DNA from: Promethearchaeota archaeon
GTDB lineage: Archaea; Asgardarchaeota; Lokiarchaeia; Sigyniarchaeales; SOKP01
Assembly (NCBI GenBank): GCA_030599585.1
Contig: JAUVNS010000001.1
Location: 160,001 to 224,000 of the forward strand
Direction of reading: 5' to 3'
Length of the DNA: 64,000 bases
Shown: piece after piece, positions 1-10,683 of the stretch
How positions within the stretch are numbered: position 1 is the first letter of the stretch
Layout of the letters: each line of letters opens with the position of its first letter
Program-made: the position numbers and the translations under genes
The notes under the pieces: model-generated
Told to the model about the DNA's origin: nothing
Databases searched by the model: none
Seen by the model: only the letters and a program-made list of their open reading frames with translations

Positions 1-387
1 TCGGAGATAATTATCCTTTATTTCGTTGTACTTGGTCTTGTCAATATTTAGTCCAATACCATAACTTTTGAGCATGCTAATAGTTTTTTTTTGCTCCGTA
101 AAACTGCTCTGAGAGTCTCTAAACCACGTATTCAAAGTTTTAATTTGCTCAAAACGAGCTTTTGTTTTTGGATCCTGAAGAGCTCTTGAGTCACCTATTC
201 TAATTTTTCTTTCGTAATCTAAATGAGATTCAGAATAAAAATCAGATACCGGAGATTTCTCAAAAGCGATTTTGTCTTTCTCAATTAAACCACAATCTTG
301 ACAGACAAAGTATCCGCCTTCAAGTTTTATGTTCTTGTGTTCGCAATCAGCGATTTCTTTATTTTTGTTATTCAAGGATCCAACCAT
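1..387 (-). CDS. Divergent TFIIB-type zinc-ribbon protein (TFB-like), runs off the left window edge; not in ORF track
   Basis: Manual translation from ATG at 387 is open to position 1: MVGSLNNKNKEIADCEHKNIKLEGGYFVCQDCGLIEKDKIAFE...; the CxH-x(11)-CxxCGLI pattern is that of TFIIB Zn ribbons. Confidence 0.7.
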   Translation of the reverse strand, partial: MVGSLNNKNKEIADCEHKNIKLEGGYFVCQDCGLIEKDKIAFEKSPVSDFYSESHLDYERKIRIGDSRALQDPKTKARFEQIKTLNTWFRDSQSSFTEQKKTISMLKSYGIGLNIDKTKYNEIKDNYLR

Positions 388-556
388 TAATTGAGCTAAT
401 TAAAATCTTTCACATCTATTCAAAAAAAGTATTAATCTTTAATTTATAAATGTAGCATAAAAAAACCATCAAATTAAATATTATGTAAAAGATTTAAAAG
501 AAAATAATGAGTATACATTATATATAATATAATGAGAAAAAAACAAGCGATTAGTA

Positions 557-1102
557 ATGGAGCGTAAAGTCGTAATAAAATGGTTAAAAATCTTTAGTAT
601 TAGCTTCCTCATTCTTTCATTAGGTGGATTAATTGATTTCATCTTGTTCAGTACAATTATTAACGTAACTTTAGACAGCGAGCAGTATACTATTCTGGCG
701 ATAATTTTTCAATCTGGTTTCATGTCATTTCACGCGGCGTTGCTATGGATTGTTTTACTCAGTATTTTTAGTGCCTATATTGTTTTATCATACTCAATTT
801 TTAAAGTTGCTAGTAAAAATACCCTCGATGATAAAATTCTTGCTAAATTTCTATTACTTATCGGTTTATTTCTAATTATTGGCAGTTTTATCACTCTGAG
901 TTTTCTAGTTTTATTAGGTAATAGTACCATTGACACAGGACTCACAACAGTTATATTCCATAATTCTTCTGCTATTGGAGCGATGATGTGGTCATATTTT
1001 ATTTTTGTAGTTTATTGTTTCTTAGTCTCTGGATTGATTTTCGGCGGAATTGGTCTTAAATGGACGCTTCTTATTCAAGAAGAAGAAACTTCGAACGATT
1101 AA
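557..1102 (+). CDS. Integral membrane protein (~4 TM), unknown function
   Basis: 181 aa with four long hydrophobic segments. Confidence 0.7.
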   Translation: MERKVVIKWLKIFSISFLILSLGGLIDFILFSTIINVTLDSEQYTILAIIFQSGFMSFHAALLWIVLLSIFSAYIVLSYSIFKVASKNTLDDKILAKFLLLIGLFLIIGSFITLSFLVLLGNSTIDTGLTTVIFHNSSAIGAMMWSYFIFVVYCFLVSGLIFGGIGLKWTLLIQEEETSND

Positions 1103-1295
1103 AACTGCTAAATTAAAAAAATATTATGCCTTTTGTATTTTTTAAGGAAGATTCGCTCAGATGTTAACGAAAACATAATTTATTACTTCGTTTCTTAACC
1201 ATCTTAGAAACATATCTATTTATCATCCAATCATCACGAAAACATATAAAAAAAAAGAAAATTAATTTAATCTGCCCTATCTATGAACTCTCTTA

Positions 1296-2243
1296 CTAGA
1301 GTTTACCTTTGATTTGTTTTGCTCTAGATCTTAAGGTGACTTCTGTAATCTTCGCAATCGCAGCTACGAGAGATTGTGTTCTTCTTATTTCTCCATCTTT
1401 TGCTGCGATATAGATACACGCTGCAGCGAGTCCTTTCGGATCCTTTCCTGTTCGCGCTAAACCGTTCCTAGATGCCGTTCTTAACATGTCGATTGCAACT
1501 TTCTGGATTTTCATAGGAAGTTCCAATTCGTTACCAAAACGAAAAACTAAACTCTCAGCGGTGATAGGTTGATACCTAAGACCTAAACTAGGAAGTACTT
1601 CTCTTATAATCATTGCCAAACTCCTATGAACAGTTCGTCTAGGAGTTAGCGAAGCTTCGCAAACCTCGTCTAATAATCGCGGAAAGTCGTGGACTCTAAT
1701 CGCGGCGTATAACGATCCCGCGATAAATCCATTAATCGATCGTCCCATTGTTAATTTCTTCTTAGCTACAATGCTATAAATCTTCCACGCAGTTTCTGAA
1801 ATGTATTCAGGAATATTTAATTTTGAAGTAAGCATTTTCAATTTGGGTTTAGCTTCCCAAAAGTTTCGTTCGATACTTGAAATAAGAGAATTTTGAATTT
1901 TTGATAAACGTGAAAACAAAGCTTGCTCCTTAGGACCTATCGATTTCCCTTTTGAATCTGTCTTTGTAGTTGGTAACATAGTACGCGGGCCGAAATCCCG
2001 CCAACGAGGTTCAGTCCTTCTCCGGTTCTGAATTTCTTCTACAGTGTAAGCTCTTCTTTCATTACCAACGTAGGTTCTTTCTTTTATCATACCACAATTT
2101 AAGCAAACTTTATTCCCATCACGTTCTTCTATGGATGGGGTTGAACAACACTCGATATTATTACTAGAGGGCAAATTATCTTGATCATTATCTTTAGAAA
2201 TTAATCGATCACGGTAATTGCTATTCATTATAAAATCACACAA
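1296..2243 (-). CDS. tfb: Transcription initiation factor IIB (TFB)
   Basis: Zn ribbon CC...VCLNCG, B-reader ERRAYT, two cyclin repeats (GRSINGFIAGSLYAAIR; GKDPKGLAAACIYIA), ITEVTLRSR HTH. True start probably ATG at 2228. Confidence 0.95.
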   Translation of the reverse strand: MCDFIMNSNYRDRLISKDNDQDNLPSSNNIECCSTPSIEERDGNKVCLNCGMIKERTYVGNERRAYTVEEIQNRRRTEPRWRDFGPRTMLPTTKTDSKGKSIGPKEQALFSRLSKIQNSLISSIERNFWEAKPKLKMLTSKLNIPEYISETAWKIYSIVAKKKLTMGRSINGFIAGSLYAAIRVHDFPRLLDEVCEASLTPRRTVHRSLAMIIREVLPSLGLRYQPITAESLVFRFGNELELPMKIQKVAIDMLRTASRNGLARTGKDPKGLAAACIYIAAKDGEIRRTQSLVAAIAKITEVTLRSRAKQIKGKL

Positions 2244-2501
2244 AAAATATGTTATTACATATACAGTACCATCTAAACATAAATCTTATAAAAAAATTAG
2301 ATGATGTTACGACTTTAATAATATCATAATATCCTAGTCGCATTTATAAATGTTTGTACGATATTAATTAAATTATACATTTTTATTTACGGGGAATAAC
2401 ATGGGAATTAATGATAACAGTAATTTTTTTTACGATAATCTATAAGAAGTAAATTTAAGAAAAATCTTCATCTTTAAATATTAAATAATCATTGAAAAAA
2501 T

Positions 2502-3026
2502 GTGTTTACTATGGATTTTTATGAAACTGTAAAGAAGAGAAGAAGTTATAGAGTGTATAAACCTGACATGCCAGAAGATGATAAAGTTACTCGAATATTA
2601 GAAGCTGCTAGATTGGCTCCTACATGGGGAAATATGCAAGGGATGCATTATATTATTGTCAAAGACCCTGAAAACGTAAAAGGAGTATGGAAAGCTGTTG
2701 GCCAAAGGAAAAAATTTGTCGAGGCTCCCATGTACGTCGTAGGTGTCATTTCTGAATCAGGTTCTGGGACAAATACTAATGGTATAAAATATTTTCCTTT
2801 AGATTGTGGAATCTGTTTTGAACATTTGATTTTAGCTGCAACAGCTGAAGGTTTAGCTACTTGTTGGATTGGATGGTTTAATGAAACTAAAGTAAAAAAA
2901 ATCCTTGAAATACCTGAAGATTTCAGAGTTATGGCTTTGACACCATTAGGATATCCTGTTAAAGAAAAAGGCGAAGTTAAAGAACGTAAGCTTATTGAAG
3001 AAATCGTACATTACGACAAATTCTAA
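2502..3026 (+). CDS. Nitroreductase family protein
   Basis: RRSYRVY, LEAARLAPTWGNMQ, LAATAEGLATCWIG, LGYP motifs. Confidence 0.92.
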   Translation: MFTMDFYETVKKRRSYRVYKPDMPEDDKVTRILEAARLAPTWGNMQGMHYIIVKDPENVKGVWKAVGQRKKFVEAPMYVVGVISESGSGTNTNGIKYFPLDCGICFEHLILAATAEGLATCWIGWFNETKVKKILEIPEDFRVMALTPLGYPVKEKGEVKERKLIEEIVHYDKF

Positions 3027-3106
3027 TTTAACTTGAAAATCTGTCTTTTTTATTTTTAATTTTTATTTAAAGTAAAAGTAAAATAATCTCATATTTTATT
3101 TCATAT

Positions 3107-4825
3107 ATGAATATTGTAAGAATTAATGCTAATTCAAACTCGATTAAATACGAAGAAATCGTTAAGAGTTCGAAATACTTTATATTAGGTGCTCGAGGGC
3201 TAACTTCACAAATTATTTATGAAGAGGTTCCTCCACGATGTGATCCGCTTGGGCCAGAAAATAAACTTATTTTAGCAAATGGGTTACTTACAGGAAGTCC
3301 ATTCCCAAATTCTGCGCGCACTTCAATCGGTGCCAAAAGTCCATTGACAAATGGTATAAAAGAAGCTAATGTAGGTGGTAGACCTTCATACATGCTCGCT
3401 AAGCATGGTATAAGAGCCTTAGTCCTTGAAGATGTATCCACAGAATTAAAAATAATCCTAATTAACGAGAATGGAATTGAGTTATTATCCGGTAATGAAT
3501 ATAAAGGGTTAGGAAATTACGAACTACATCGGAGACTAAGAGGTAAATATGGAGAAAATATTGGTATTTATTCTATAGGGCCAGCTGGCGAACATAAGAT
3601 GCCATCAGCAACTGTTGCTGCCAACGATTTGGAAGGCTATCCAAGTAGGCACGCTGCTCGAGGTGGATTAGGTGCAGTCATGGGTTCTAAAGGCGTTAAA
3701 GCTATAGTAATTATCCCTTCAAAAGAGTCAAAGGTAAAGATGCACGATCTTAAGAAGTTTAGAGAAGCTTCAACTCCTTTTGCGAAACATTTAGCAGAAA
3801 CTAAGAAAGTGTTTTCTACCTTCGGAACAGCATTAAATATGAGATTTATGAGTGAACATCAAGGAATCCCTACGAAAAACTTCCGATTTGGATCTTACGA
3901 TAAAATTTCGAATATTAGTGGAGAAAAACTCCATGAACTCGTAGTTGCCAGGGGAGGAAAGAAAAATTTGGCTTGTTCTCCTAATTGTGTTATAAAATGC
4001 TCTAATTTAATTGTAGACGAGGACGGGAACCATATAACTTCAAGCCTTGAATACGAAACGATGGTGTTAAATGGTACCAATTTGCTTATTGATGACTTAG
4101 ACAGCTTAGCTAAAATTGATCATTTCTGCGACGATATAGGAATCGATACCATTGAGTTCGGAGGTACAGTTGGAGTTTCTATGGATTGTGGTAAGATTCC
4201 TTGGGGTGATGCCGAAGCAGTTTTTAATATCTTGGATAAAGAAATCCGGGAGAATACTGAAATTGGTAAATTGTACGGATATGGTGTTAGAAATATTGGA
4301 AAGAAGTTGAATGCTCAAAGAATACCTGAAATAAAAGGACAAGGTATATCTGCTTACGATCCTAGAGTTTTTAAAGGAATGGGGGTAACGTACGCTACAA
4401 GCCCAATGGGTGCTGATCATACAAGTGGAGCAGCTATAGCTGGCAGAGTCCCGAGTCAAACCAAAGATTACGGTGAACTTACAAAAAACGAAGGAAAATT
4501 TGATTTATCGTTTGAATTGCAAGTATACACTACAGTATTGGATTCTATGGGTTGTTGTTATTTTATAGGACCGAGTTATGAGAATATGGAGATTATAACT
4601 GCTGCTATTAACGCAATGTATAATTTAGATTTAACAAGAGCGGAAGTAATTAATATTGGAAAACACATTCTTAAAACTGAGCTAGCATTCAACGAGAAAG
4701 CAGGCATTAGCAAGGACATGAACGATGTTCCCGAATTTTTAAAACTAGAACCTTCCGAACCTAGTGGTTTGAAATTTACATTCACTAAAGAAGAATTACG
4801 AGATTTTTGGAAGAGATTAGAATAA
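3107..4825 (+). CDS. aor: Aldehyde:ferredoxin oxidoreductase family (tungstopterin)
   Basis: KSPLTNGIKEANVGG, IGPAGE, AARGGLGAVMGSKGVKAI, CxxxCxxxC, EYET, DDIGIDTIE, GADH motifs. Confidence 0.92.
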   Translation: MNIVRINANSNSIKYEEIVKSSKYFILGARGLTSQIIYEEVPPRCDPLGPENKLILANGLLTGSPFPNSARTSIGAKSPLTNGIKEANVGGRPSYMLAKHGIRALVLEDVSTELKIILINENGIELLSGNEYKGLGNYELHRRLRGKYGENIGIYSIGPAGEHKMPSATVAANDLEGYPSRHAARGGLGAVMGSKGVKAIVIIPSKESKVKMHDLKKFREASTPFAKHLAETKKVFSTFGTALNMRFMSEHQGIPTKNFRFGSYDKISNISGEKLHELVVARGGKKNLACSPNCVIKCSNLIVDEDGNHITSSLEYETMVLNGTNLLIDDLDSLAKIDHFCDDIGIDTIEFGGTVGVSMDCGKIPWGDAEAVFNILDKEIRENTEIGKLYGYGVRNIGKKLNAQRIPEIKGQGISAYDPRVFKGMGVTYATSPMGADHTSGAAIAGRVPSQTKDYGELTKNEGKFDLSFELQVYTTVLDSMGCCYFIGPSYENMEIITAAINAMYNLDLTRAEVINIGKHILKTELAFNEKAGISKDMNDVPEFLKLEPSEPSGLKFTFTKEELRDFWKRLE

Positions 4826-4848
4826 GAAATAAAATTTTGTGCTAGTAA

Positions 4849-5403
4849 TCAAATGTAATTCAACCATCCCTTTTTTTTCATTATTAATTCCGCCGAGATT
4901 ATTAGAAACAACCCTAGAGAAACGGATATAATGAGAATCAACTTAATAATAAATAAATGAGAAACAGAAATAGTATCCAACAATATTGGAATATTTATTA
5001 AAATATAACTAATACCGCAAATAAAGAATATTATCTTTCTTTTCTTATAAATTGAGAGCGAAAAGTGCCAGCAAATGGTAAGTAGTATAATAGAGCTTGA
5101 AGTTATAACAGTTGAGAGCGCCAAGAATGTGTTATAAAAAGCAAAGGTTATGGAATTTACAACGATAATTTCTATTAGGAGCAAATATAAGAATCTTTTA
5201 GCGTTGTTAACGAAAAAATCTTGTTCTAATTTTAAAAGGATACTAAAAACAAAAGGAGGGATTGTGATTAATATCAAGGTAATGGAAAGGAATGGATGGG
5301 TAAGTGTCAGAAATCCTAATAACAAACCTAAAACAAGACTTATTAGAAGTAAAATGGAACCTAAAAGTCTATAGATGCCTAATTTTTTACCTTTAATACT
5401 CAT
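4849..5403 (-). CDS. Integral membrane protein (~6 TM), unknown function
   Basis: 184 aa, predominantly hydrophobic helices. Confidence 0.7.
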   Translation of the reverse strand: MSIKGKKLGIYRLLGSILLLISLVLGLLLGFLTLTHPFLSITLILITIPPFVFSILLKLEQDFFVNNAKRFLYLLLIEIIVVNSITFAFYNTFLALSTVITSSSIILLTICWHFSLSIYKKRKIIFFICGISYILINIPILLDTISVSHLFIIKLILIISVSLGLFLIISAELIMKKKGWLNYI

Positions 5404-5487
5404 ATCGAAACCTATATTTTTTTTTTAATTTCAAGACATTATAAATTTATAAAGAAAAAAAAGTATTTTGAATTATTGTAGTAATAT

Positions 5488-6918
5488 TTGAATCTTTATT
5501 CAAATAATTCTAAAAATAGGATAATTAAACATAACGAGTTGTATATATTGAGTGAAATAAAGATTTTAAAAGAGCTGGAAGAAATTGTTGGGAAAGAATT
5601 TGCCTCTAATCGTTCGGAAGATTTATATATTTACTCCCAAGATCCGGGCGCGTCACTTTCTCGACCTGTAGATTTCGTAGTGATGCCAAATACCACTGAA
5701 CAAGTTCAAAAGATAGTTAAATTAGCAAATCGAGAGAAAATTCCCATTGTCCCTATGGGTGGAGGACTTACTTTAAGTGGATTAATAATTCCTGTAAAAA
5801 GAGGCATCGTATTAGATATGAAAAGGATGAGTCAAATCCTTGAAATAAATCGGTTTAGTCGTTATGCACTTGTCGAAGCAGGAGTAACTACTGGTCAACT
5901 ACTTTCGCATTTAAACGAAAAGTATCCGGATCTACAACCACCTATTCCAGACGCACCTCCTTCTGCTACTATCGCTGGAAACATGTTAATTCATGGGTCA
6001 GGATATTTATCGCAAAGATATGGAGGACATGGAGCAATGATTAATGGTCTTGAAGTTGTTTTACCTAACGGCGAAATATGCAAATTAGGATCTTGTGCGC
6101 TTTCAGATTATTGGTTTGATAGAGGACCAATTCCGGACTTTATTGGCTTATTTATTAGCGCTTTCGGAACAATGGGAGTAATAACTAAGCTTTCGATACA
6201 ATTATTTCCAAAACCGAAAATGAGAGAGATAATTTTTGGATTATTGAAGGATCCTAAAGATATACCCGATTTACTACTGAAAATCACGGCGACCGGTTAT
6301 GCTGAAGATATACTCCTTGGAATGCAAGATAAACCTGAATGGATGAAAGGATACATTTTTATTATGACTTATATCACTGGTGAATCAGAAGGGGATATAA
6401 ATCGCCAATTAAAAGCTATTAAACGAATCTATCGAAAGTCTAATGCAAGATTTATGAAAGCTCCTGAAAAAATGCGAAATCTGTACTTAGACAAACCTAT
6501 CTTTGCTGCAGGGGCTTCCGATTTTAGAAAAGGTGGAGGATTCGAATATGTAGGAGCGTTTATGCCTCTCGAAAAAATCCCCGAAGCATATGAGAAAGGT
6601 GCAGATCTTGCAAGAAAATATGGGATTCCTCCAACTTTAGGCTCTCGGTTAATAGGTGGAGTTCATACCGTTGTAATGTTTTTTTCTTATTCCTTCAATA
6701 GAGCTGACCCTAAAGATATGGAAAACGCTAGAAGAGCTCTTCACGAAACCAATAAATTAGCGTTAGAATTAGGAGGAATTCCATGGAAAGCTGAGCTAGA
6801 AGGACAAAGATTAACGCTTGGAAAGATAGATCCTAGCTATAAAAAGCTGCTGAAAACTATTAAAAACACTCTCGATCCGAATAATATCATGAATCCAGGA
6901 AATTGGGAGGTGCTTTAA
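5488..6918 (+). CDS. FAD-binding oxidoreductase, GlcD/D-lactate dehydrogenase family
   Basis: PMGGGLTLSG FAD loop, VEAGV, GLEVVLPNGE, GTMGVIT, LDPNNIMNPG C-terminus. Start may be TTG near 5548. Confidence 0.9.
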   Translation: MNLYSNNSKNRIIKHNELYILSEIKILKELEEIVGKEFASNRSEDLYIYSQDPGASLSRPVDFVVMPNTTEQVQKIVKLANREKIPIVPMGGGLTLSGLIIPVKRGIVLDMKRMSQILEINRFSRYALVEAGVTTGQLLSHLNEKYPDLQPPIPDAPPSATIAGNMLIHGSGYLSQRYGGHGAMINGLEVVLPNGEICKLGSCALSDYWFDRGPIPDFIGLFISAFGTMGVITKLSIQLFPKPKMREIIFGLLKDPKDIPDLLLKITATGYAEDILLGMQDKPEWMKGYIFIMTYITGESEGDINRQLKAIKRIYRKSNARFMKAPEKMRNLYLDKPIFAAGASDFRKGGGFEYVGAFMPLEKIPEAYEKGADLARKYGIPPTLGSRLIGGVHTVVMFFSYSFNRADPKDMENARRALHETNKLALELGGIPWKAELEGQRLTLGKIDPSYKKLLKTIKNTLDPNNIMNPGNWEVL

Positions 6919-8102
6919 ATATGGAATTAAACGTGGAAAAAGATTGGAAGGATATAGTTCATAGATGTTTTAGATGTGGATATTGCAAATTTACTTTCGA
7001 TTATTCTGATTTTAATTGTCCTAGCTACAAAAAACACCAGTTTGAGAGTTATTCCACTGGTGGAAGGTTATGGCTCATTTATGGTTTAATAAGTGGGGAA
7101 ATCCCGTGGAGTCAGAGTGTAGCAAATGTACTTTACGCGTGTTCTACTTGCGGAAATTGTATGGAAAATTGCAGGTTTGACAAATTTAACGATTTTCTGG
7201 TAGATATTATTGAAGCTGCTCGAGCAGAGGCAGTGAAAAATGGATTTTGTCCAGAGAAGCAAAAGGCATTAATTGAACGCATAGAGAACCCTGAGATGTA
7301 CAATCCATATGGCGAACAAAATTCTAACAACGAAGATTTGAAGAAAGAATACGACCTACCAGATAAAGCAGAATGGGTTTATTTTATCGGTTGCACATCT
7401 AATTATCGTCAAAAAAAATTAAGAGACGCCACTTTAAGGTTCTTGAAGAAAGCTAATATCGATTTTACTTTGATCGACGAACATTGTTGCTGTAGCCCGG
7501 TAATGCGAACTGGTCAAATTAATTCTGTTAAAGACTTCATTAATTTTAATATTGCTCAAATAAACGATGTAGGTGCATCAAAGGTTATCACATCTTGTGC
7601 CGGTTGTTATCGTACGTTAAAAAAGGATTGGGTAAAATATGGTGCCGACTATAATTTTCAAATATATCACACCGTAGAATTAGTTAAAGAGCTATTAGAC
7701 GAAGGAAAATTAAAATTTCAATCAGAATACAACAAAATAGTAACTTATCATGATCCGTGCCATTTAGGAAGACATATGAAAATCTACGATGTTCCAAGAG
7801 AAGTATACAAACAAATTCCGGGACTTAAGCTTGTAGAAATGAAAAGAAATCGAGAAAACGCTTGGTGTTGCGGCGCTGGAGGTGGGGTAAAAATAGGTTT
7901 CCCCGAGTGGTCAGTTGAGATTTCAAAGGAAAGACTTGAAGAAGCTAAAACAACTGGAGCTTCAGTTGTATCATCAGTGTGTCCATTTTGTAGAACGAAT
8001 TTGAGCGATGCCAACGATAATTTTGATATGAATTTTGAAGTTATCGATTTGATTGAGATAATAGATAAATTGGAATTCGAAATTACTGATACAGAACATT
8101 AA
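6903..8102 (+). CDS. Fe-S oxidoreductase with two CCG domains (GlcF/GlpC/HdrD-like), partner of upstream FAD oxidoreductase
   Basis: CFRCGYC..C and CSTCGNCMENC clusters, CCCS, SCAGC, YHDPCHLGR, CCGAGGG, CPFC. Start probably ATG 6921. Confidence 0.9.
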   Translation: MGGALNMELNVEKDWKDIVHRCFRCGYCKFTFDYSDFNCPSYKKHQFESYSTGGRLWLIYGLISGEIPWSQSVANVLYACSTCGNCMENCRFDKFNDFLVDIIEAARAEAVKNGFCPEKQKALIERIENPEMYNPYGEQNSNNEDLKKEYDLPDKAEWVYFIGCTSNYRQKKLRDATLRFLKKANIDFTLIDEHCCCSPVMRTGQINSVKDFINFNIAQINDVGASKVITSCAGCYRTLKKDWVKYGADYNFQIYHTVELVKELLDEGKLKFQSEYNKIVTYHDPCHLGRHMKIYDVPREVYKQIPGLKLVEMKRNRENAWCCGAGGGVKIGFPEWSVEISKERLEEAKTTGASVVSSVCPFCRTNLSDANDNFDMNFEVIDLIEIIDKLEFEITDTEH

Positions 8103-8164
8103 CTTACCGTTTACTAAATCATAATTAGAAAATTAAATAGAAATAAATTTATTCAAAGCGAAAT

Positions 8165-10393
8165 CTATGGCTCTTGTAAGATGTCCCAAATTTTAATGGT
8201 CTTATCATTCGATCCACTTACTATATACCTACCATCAGGAGAGAAGGCAACTGAAGTTATATATTTTTTATGTCCTTCGAGTATCCAAACGAGTTCGTTA
8301 GTAGTTAAATCCCACACTTTAATATCTTTATCATATGAACCACTGACCATATAATTACCATCGAGAGAAACAGCTACATCGGTAACAAACCAAGAATGCC
8401 CTTTGAAAGACCTCACAAGCTTTCCAGTTGCAACATGCCACTCTCTTATAGTTTTGTCATTCGAACCACTAACGATATGTTTCCCATCAGGAGAAAATAC
8501 AACTGTAGTTATGTATTTTTTGTGAGCATCAATCGTTCTAACAATCTGACCAGTCTCAAGACTCCAGACCTTTAGAGTTCGGTCACTCGAGGCGCTAGCT
8601 ATATATTCACCATCAGGAGAGATAGCAACTGAACTCACCTCTTTTTTGTGCCCCTCGAGTGTCCTCACGATATCGCCAGTATTTGTATCCCATACTTTAA
8701 TATCTTTATCATATGAACCACTGACAATATAATTACCATCAGGAGAAACAGCTATGGCGGTAACGAACCAAGAATGCCCTTTGAGCGTTCGAATAGACTC
8801 TCTCGTGGAAAATTCCCAGATTTTTATAGTTTCATCGTTCGAGCCACTCACTATATATTTTCCGTCAGAAGATAGGGCAACTGAAGTTACGTATTTTTTA
8901 TGTCCCTCGAGCGTTTTTATGAGCTTACCTGAGGATATTTCCCATATTTTTATAGTTTTGTCGTTCGATGCACTAACAACATATTTCCCATCAGGAGAAA
9001 ACACCACCGAGCTTATACCCTTTCCATGGCCTTCAAAAATTTGAACAGGAATAATAGTTCCTTCTACCCTAGCAACTTTGCCTATTATTACTTTTTCTAT
9101 AGCTACTTCTTCCACTACTTCTGGTGGGGGAATAGGTTCAGGTGCAACTTTAGGTGATACTACTTCTTCTACCTCCGCTTGGGGGATAGGTTCAGGTACA
9201 ACTTTAGGTGGTACTATTTCTTCTATTACCTCCGCTTGGGGGATAGGTTCAGGTGCAACTTTAGGTAGTACTATTTCTTCTACTACCTCCGCTTGAACAA
9301 TTGGTTCTGGTTCAATTTCAAACTGCCGCTCCTTTTCTCTTGGTGCAATCTCAGTCATTTTTAACCTTACACCCAATTTTCTATCTGAAATAACTTGCTT
9401 TCTAGGGATTCTTCTCTTTCTTACTATTAGTATCACACTTATAACCAATATGATAACAATGAGAATCACTACTATTATTACACTTCCAAAAGGAAATTTG
9501 TATCCATTGATATTACTGGAAACTTCTTGAGTATCCTCTCCATTACCGCTAAAACTGTTATTTAATACTTCATTGTAGATAGAATTATATAGCTTAATAC
9601 CAACCGAATTATTATTAATTGTGTTTGTGACGATGATATTATTATCACTTTCTATTAAACTTATCCCACAATTAGTGTTGTAGCTTGCGTTATTTCCCGA
9701 AATATTATTATTATCACTATTATATAAATATATCCCATGATAAGTGTTGTAGCTTAGGTTATTTCCCGAAATAATATTATTATCACTATAAGATAAAAAT
9801 ATCCCATGATAAGTGTTGTAGCTTGGATTATTTCCCGAAATGTTGTTAAAACTGCTAAATATTAACCATATCCCAACAAAATCGTTGTTCCTTGCAGTGT
9901 TTGCCGAAATGTTGTTATAACTGCTAGAAGATATCCGTATCCCACAACGATTAGATGAAAAAGTATTATTAATTAATAGGGAATTAGTAACATTTAATAA
10001 TAGGATTCCCGCATTAGGATTATTTCCTGAATTGTAGATAGTGCAATTTTCAATCTTAAAGAACACATCGGAATTTTCAATCTCGATACAACTTCCCGAG
10101 TCTTCGCCATCTATTACCAAATCTTCTATGACATAAGGATCGGAATAGGTGCCGTTCCCCGTACAGATTCCCGCAGCTTCAGTAGCAGACCAATTATTAT
10201 AGATATGAATTTTTCCCGATATTTTTGCGAGTTTCAAACTATCGTTATCTAAACTAATATCATCGCTATATTCCGAACTTTTGCCGCAACTGCTCGTAAT
10301 AAGACTAAGATTAGTGGTAAATATTGGTAATAAAGCGAAAAAGATAATTAAAGTGATTAAAATTATTATATTTGATTTTACACTTGATTTCAT
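8165..10393 (-). CDS. Membrane protein: signal/TM + NosD-like parallel beta-helix + TM + P/E/V/K-rich linker + 7-bladed WD40 propeller
   Basis: GNGTYSDPYVIE cap, repeated GIxLxxSxNNxISGN, hydrophobic TM followed by RKRR, seven GH...SVAFSPDG..IVSGSxDKTIKIW repeats. Confidence 0.88.
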   Translation of the reverse strand: MKSSVKSNIIILITLIIFFALLPIFTTNLSLITSSCGKSSEYSDDISLDNDSLKLAKISGKIHIYNNWSATEAAGICTGNGTYSDPYVIEDLVIDGEDSGSCIEIENSDVFFKIENCTIYNSGNNPNAGILLLNVTNSLLINNTFSSNRCGIRISSSSYNNISANTARNNDFVGIWLIFSSFNNISGNNPSYNTYHGIFLSYSDNNIISGNNLSYNTYHGIYLYNSDNNNISGNNASYNTNCGISLIESDNNIIVTNTINNNSVGIKLYNSIYNEVLNNSFSGNGEDTQEVSSNINGYKFPFGSVIIVVILIVIILVISVILIVRKRRIPRKQVISDRKLGVRLKMTEIAPREKERQFEIEPEPIVQAEVVEEIVLPKVAPEPIPQAEVIEEIVPPKVVPEPIPQAEVEEVVSPKVAPEPIPPPEVVEEVAIEKVIIGKVARVEGTIIPVQIFEGHGKGISSVVFSPDGKYVVSASNDKTIKIWEISSGKLIKTLEGHKKYVTSVALSSDGKYIVSGSNDETIKIWEFSTRESIRTLKGHSWFVTAIAVSPDGNYIVSGSYDKDIKVWDTNTGDIVRTLEGHKKEVSSVAISPDGEYIASASSDRTLKVWSLETGQIVRTIDAHKKYITTVVFSPDGKHIVSGSNDKTIREWHVATGKLVRSFKGHSWFVTDVAVSLDGNYMVSGSYDKDIKVWDLTTNELVWILEGHKKYITSVAFSPDGRYIVSGSNDKTIKIWDILQEP
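9100..9310. repeat. Intragenic tandem repeat, ~4 copies of a 54-57 bp unit encoding PEPIPQAEV(I)EEIVPPKVA
   Basis: ATAGGTTCAGG recurs at 9132, 9186, 9243, with a degenerate copy at 9300. Confidence 0.9.
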
Positions 10394-10683
10394 TTTATTT
10401 TCATAAAAATTTATTAAATTTTATTTTTTGTCGATAATCTATTACTTAAGACTACTATTTATACTTTTTTGTTAATAGAAATTTAAATATATCAATTGGA
10501 ATAGAAGTAAACCTACAATTCACAACTCTCACATTTAATGTTATTATGAATCCATATTATTGTTGATTAGGCTTAGATTGGTAAAAAATTTTTTTTTAAT
10601 TATTTTCATTTACTGAAATAAAAAAAAGTATAAATAATTCAGATTATTTGCTTTGTTTATTTGTAAATACTTAATTTGTAGAT

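Noticed and set aside
8165-9030. Duplicated WD40 DNA as a DGR template/variable repeat pair
   Set aside because: Both copies are coding, differences do not appear adenine-specific, and there is no reverse transcriptase in the window
9100-9310. Regularly spaced repeats as a possible CRISPR array
   Set aside because: Units are multiples of 3, in frame within a CDS, with no unique spacers and no cas genes
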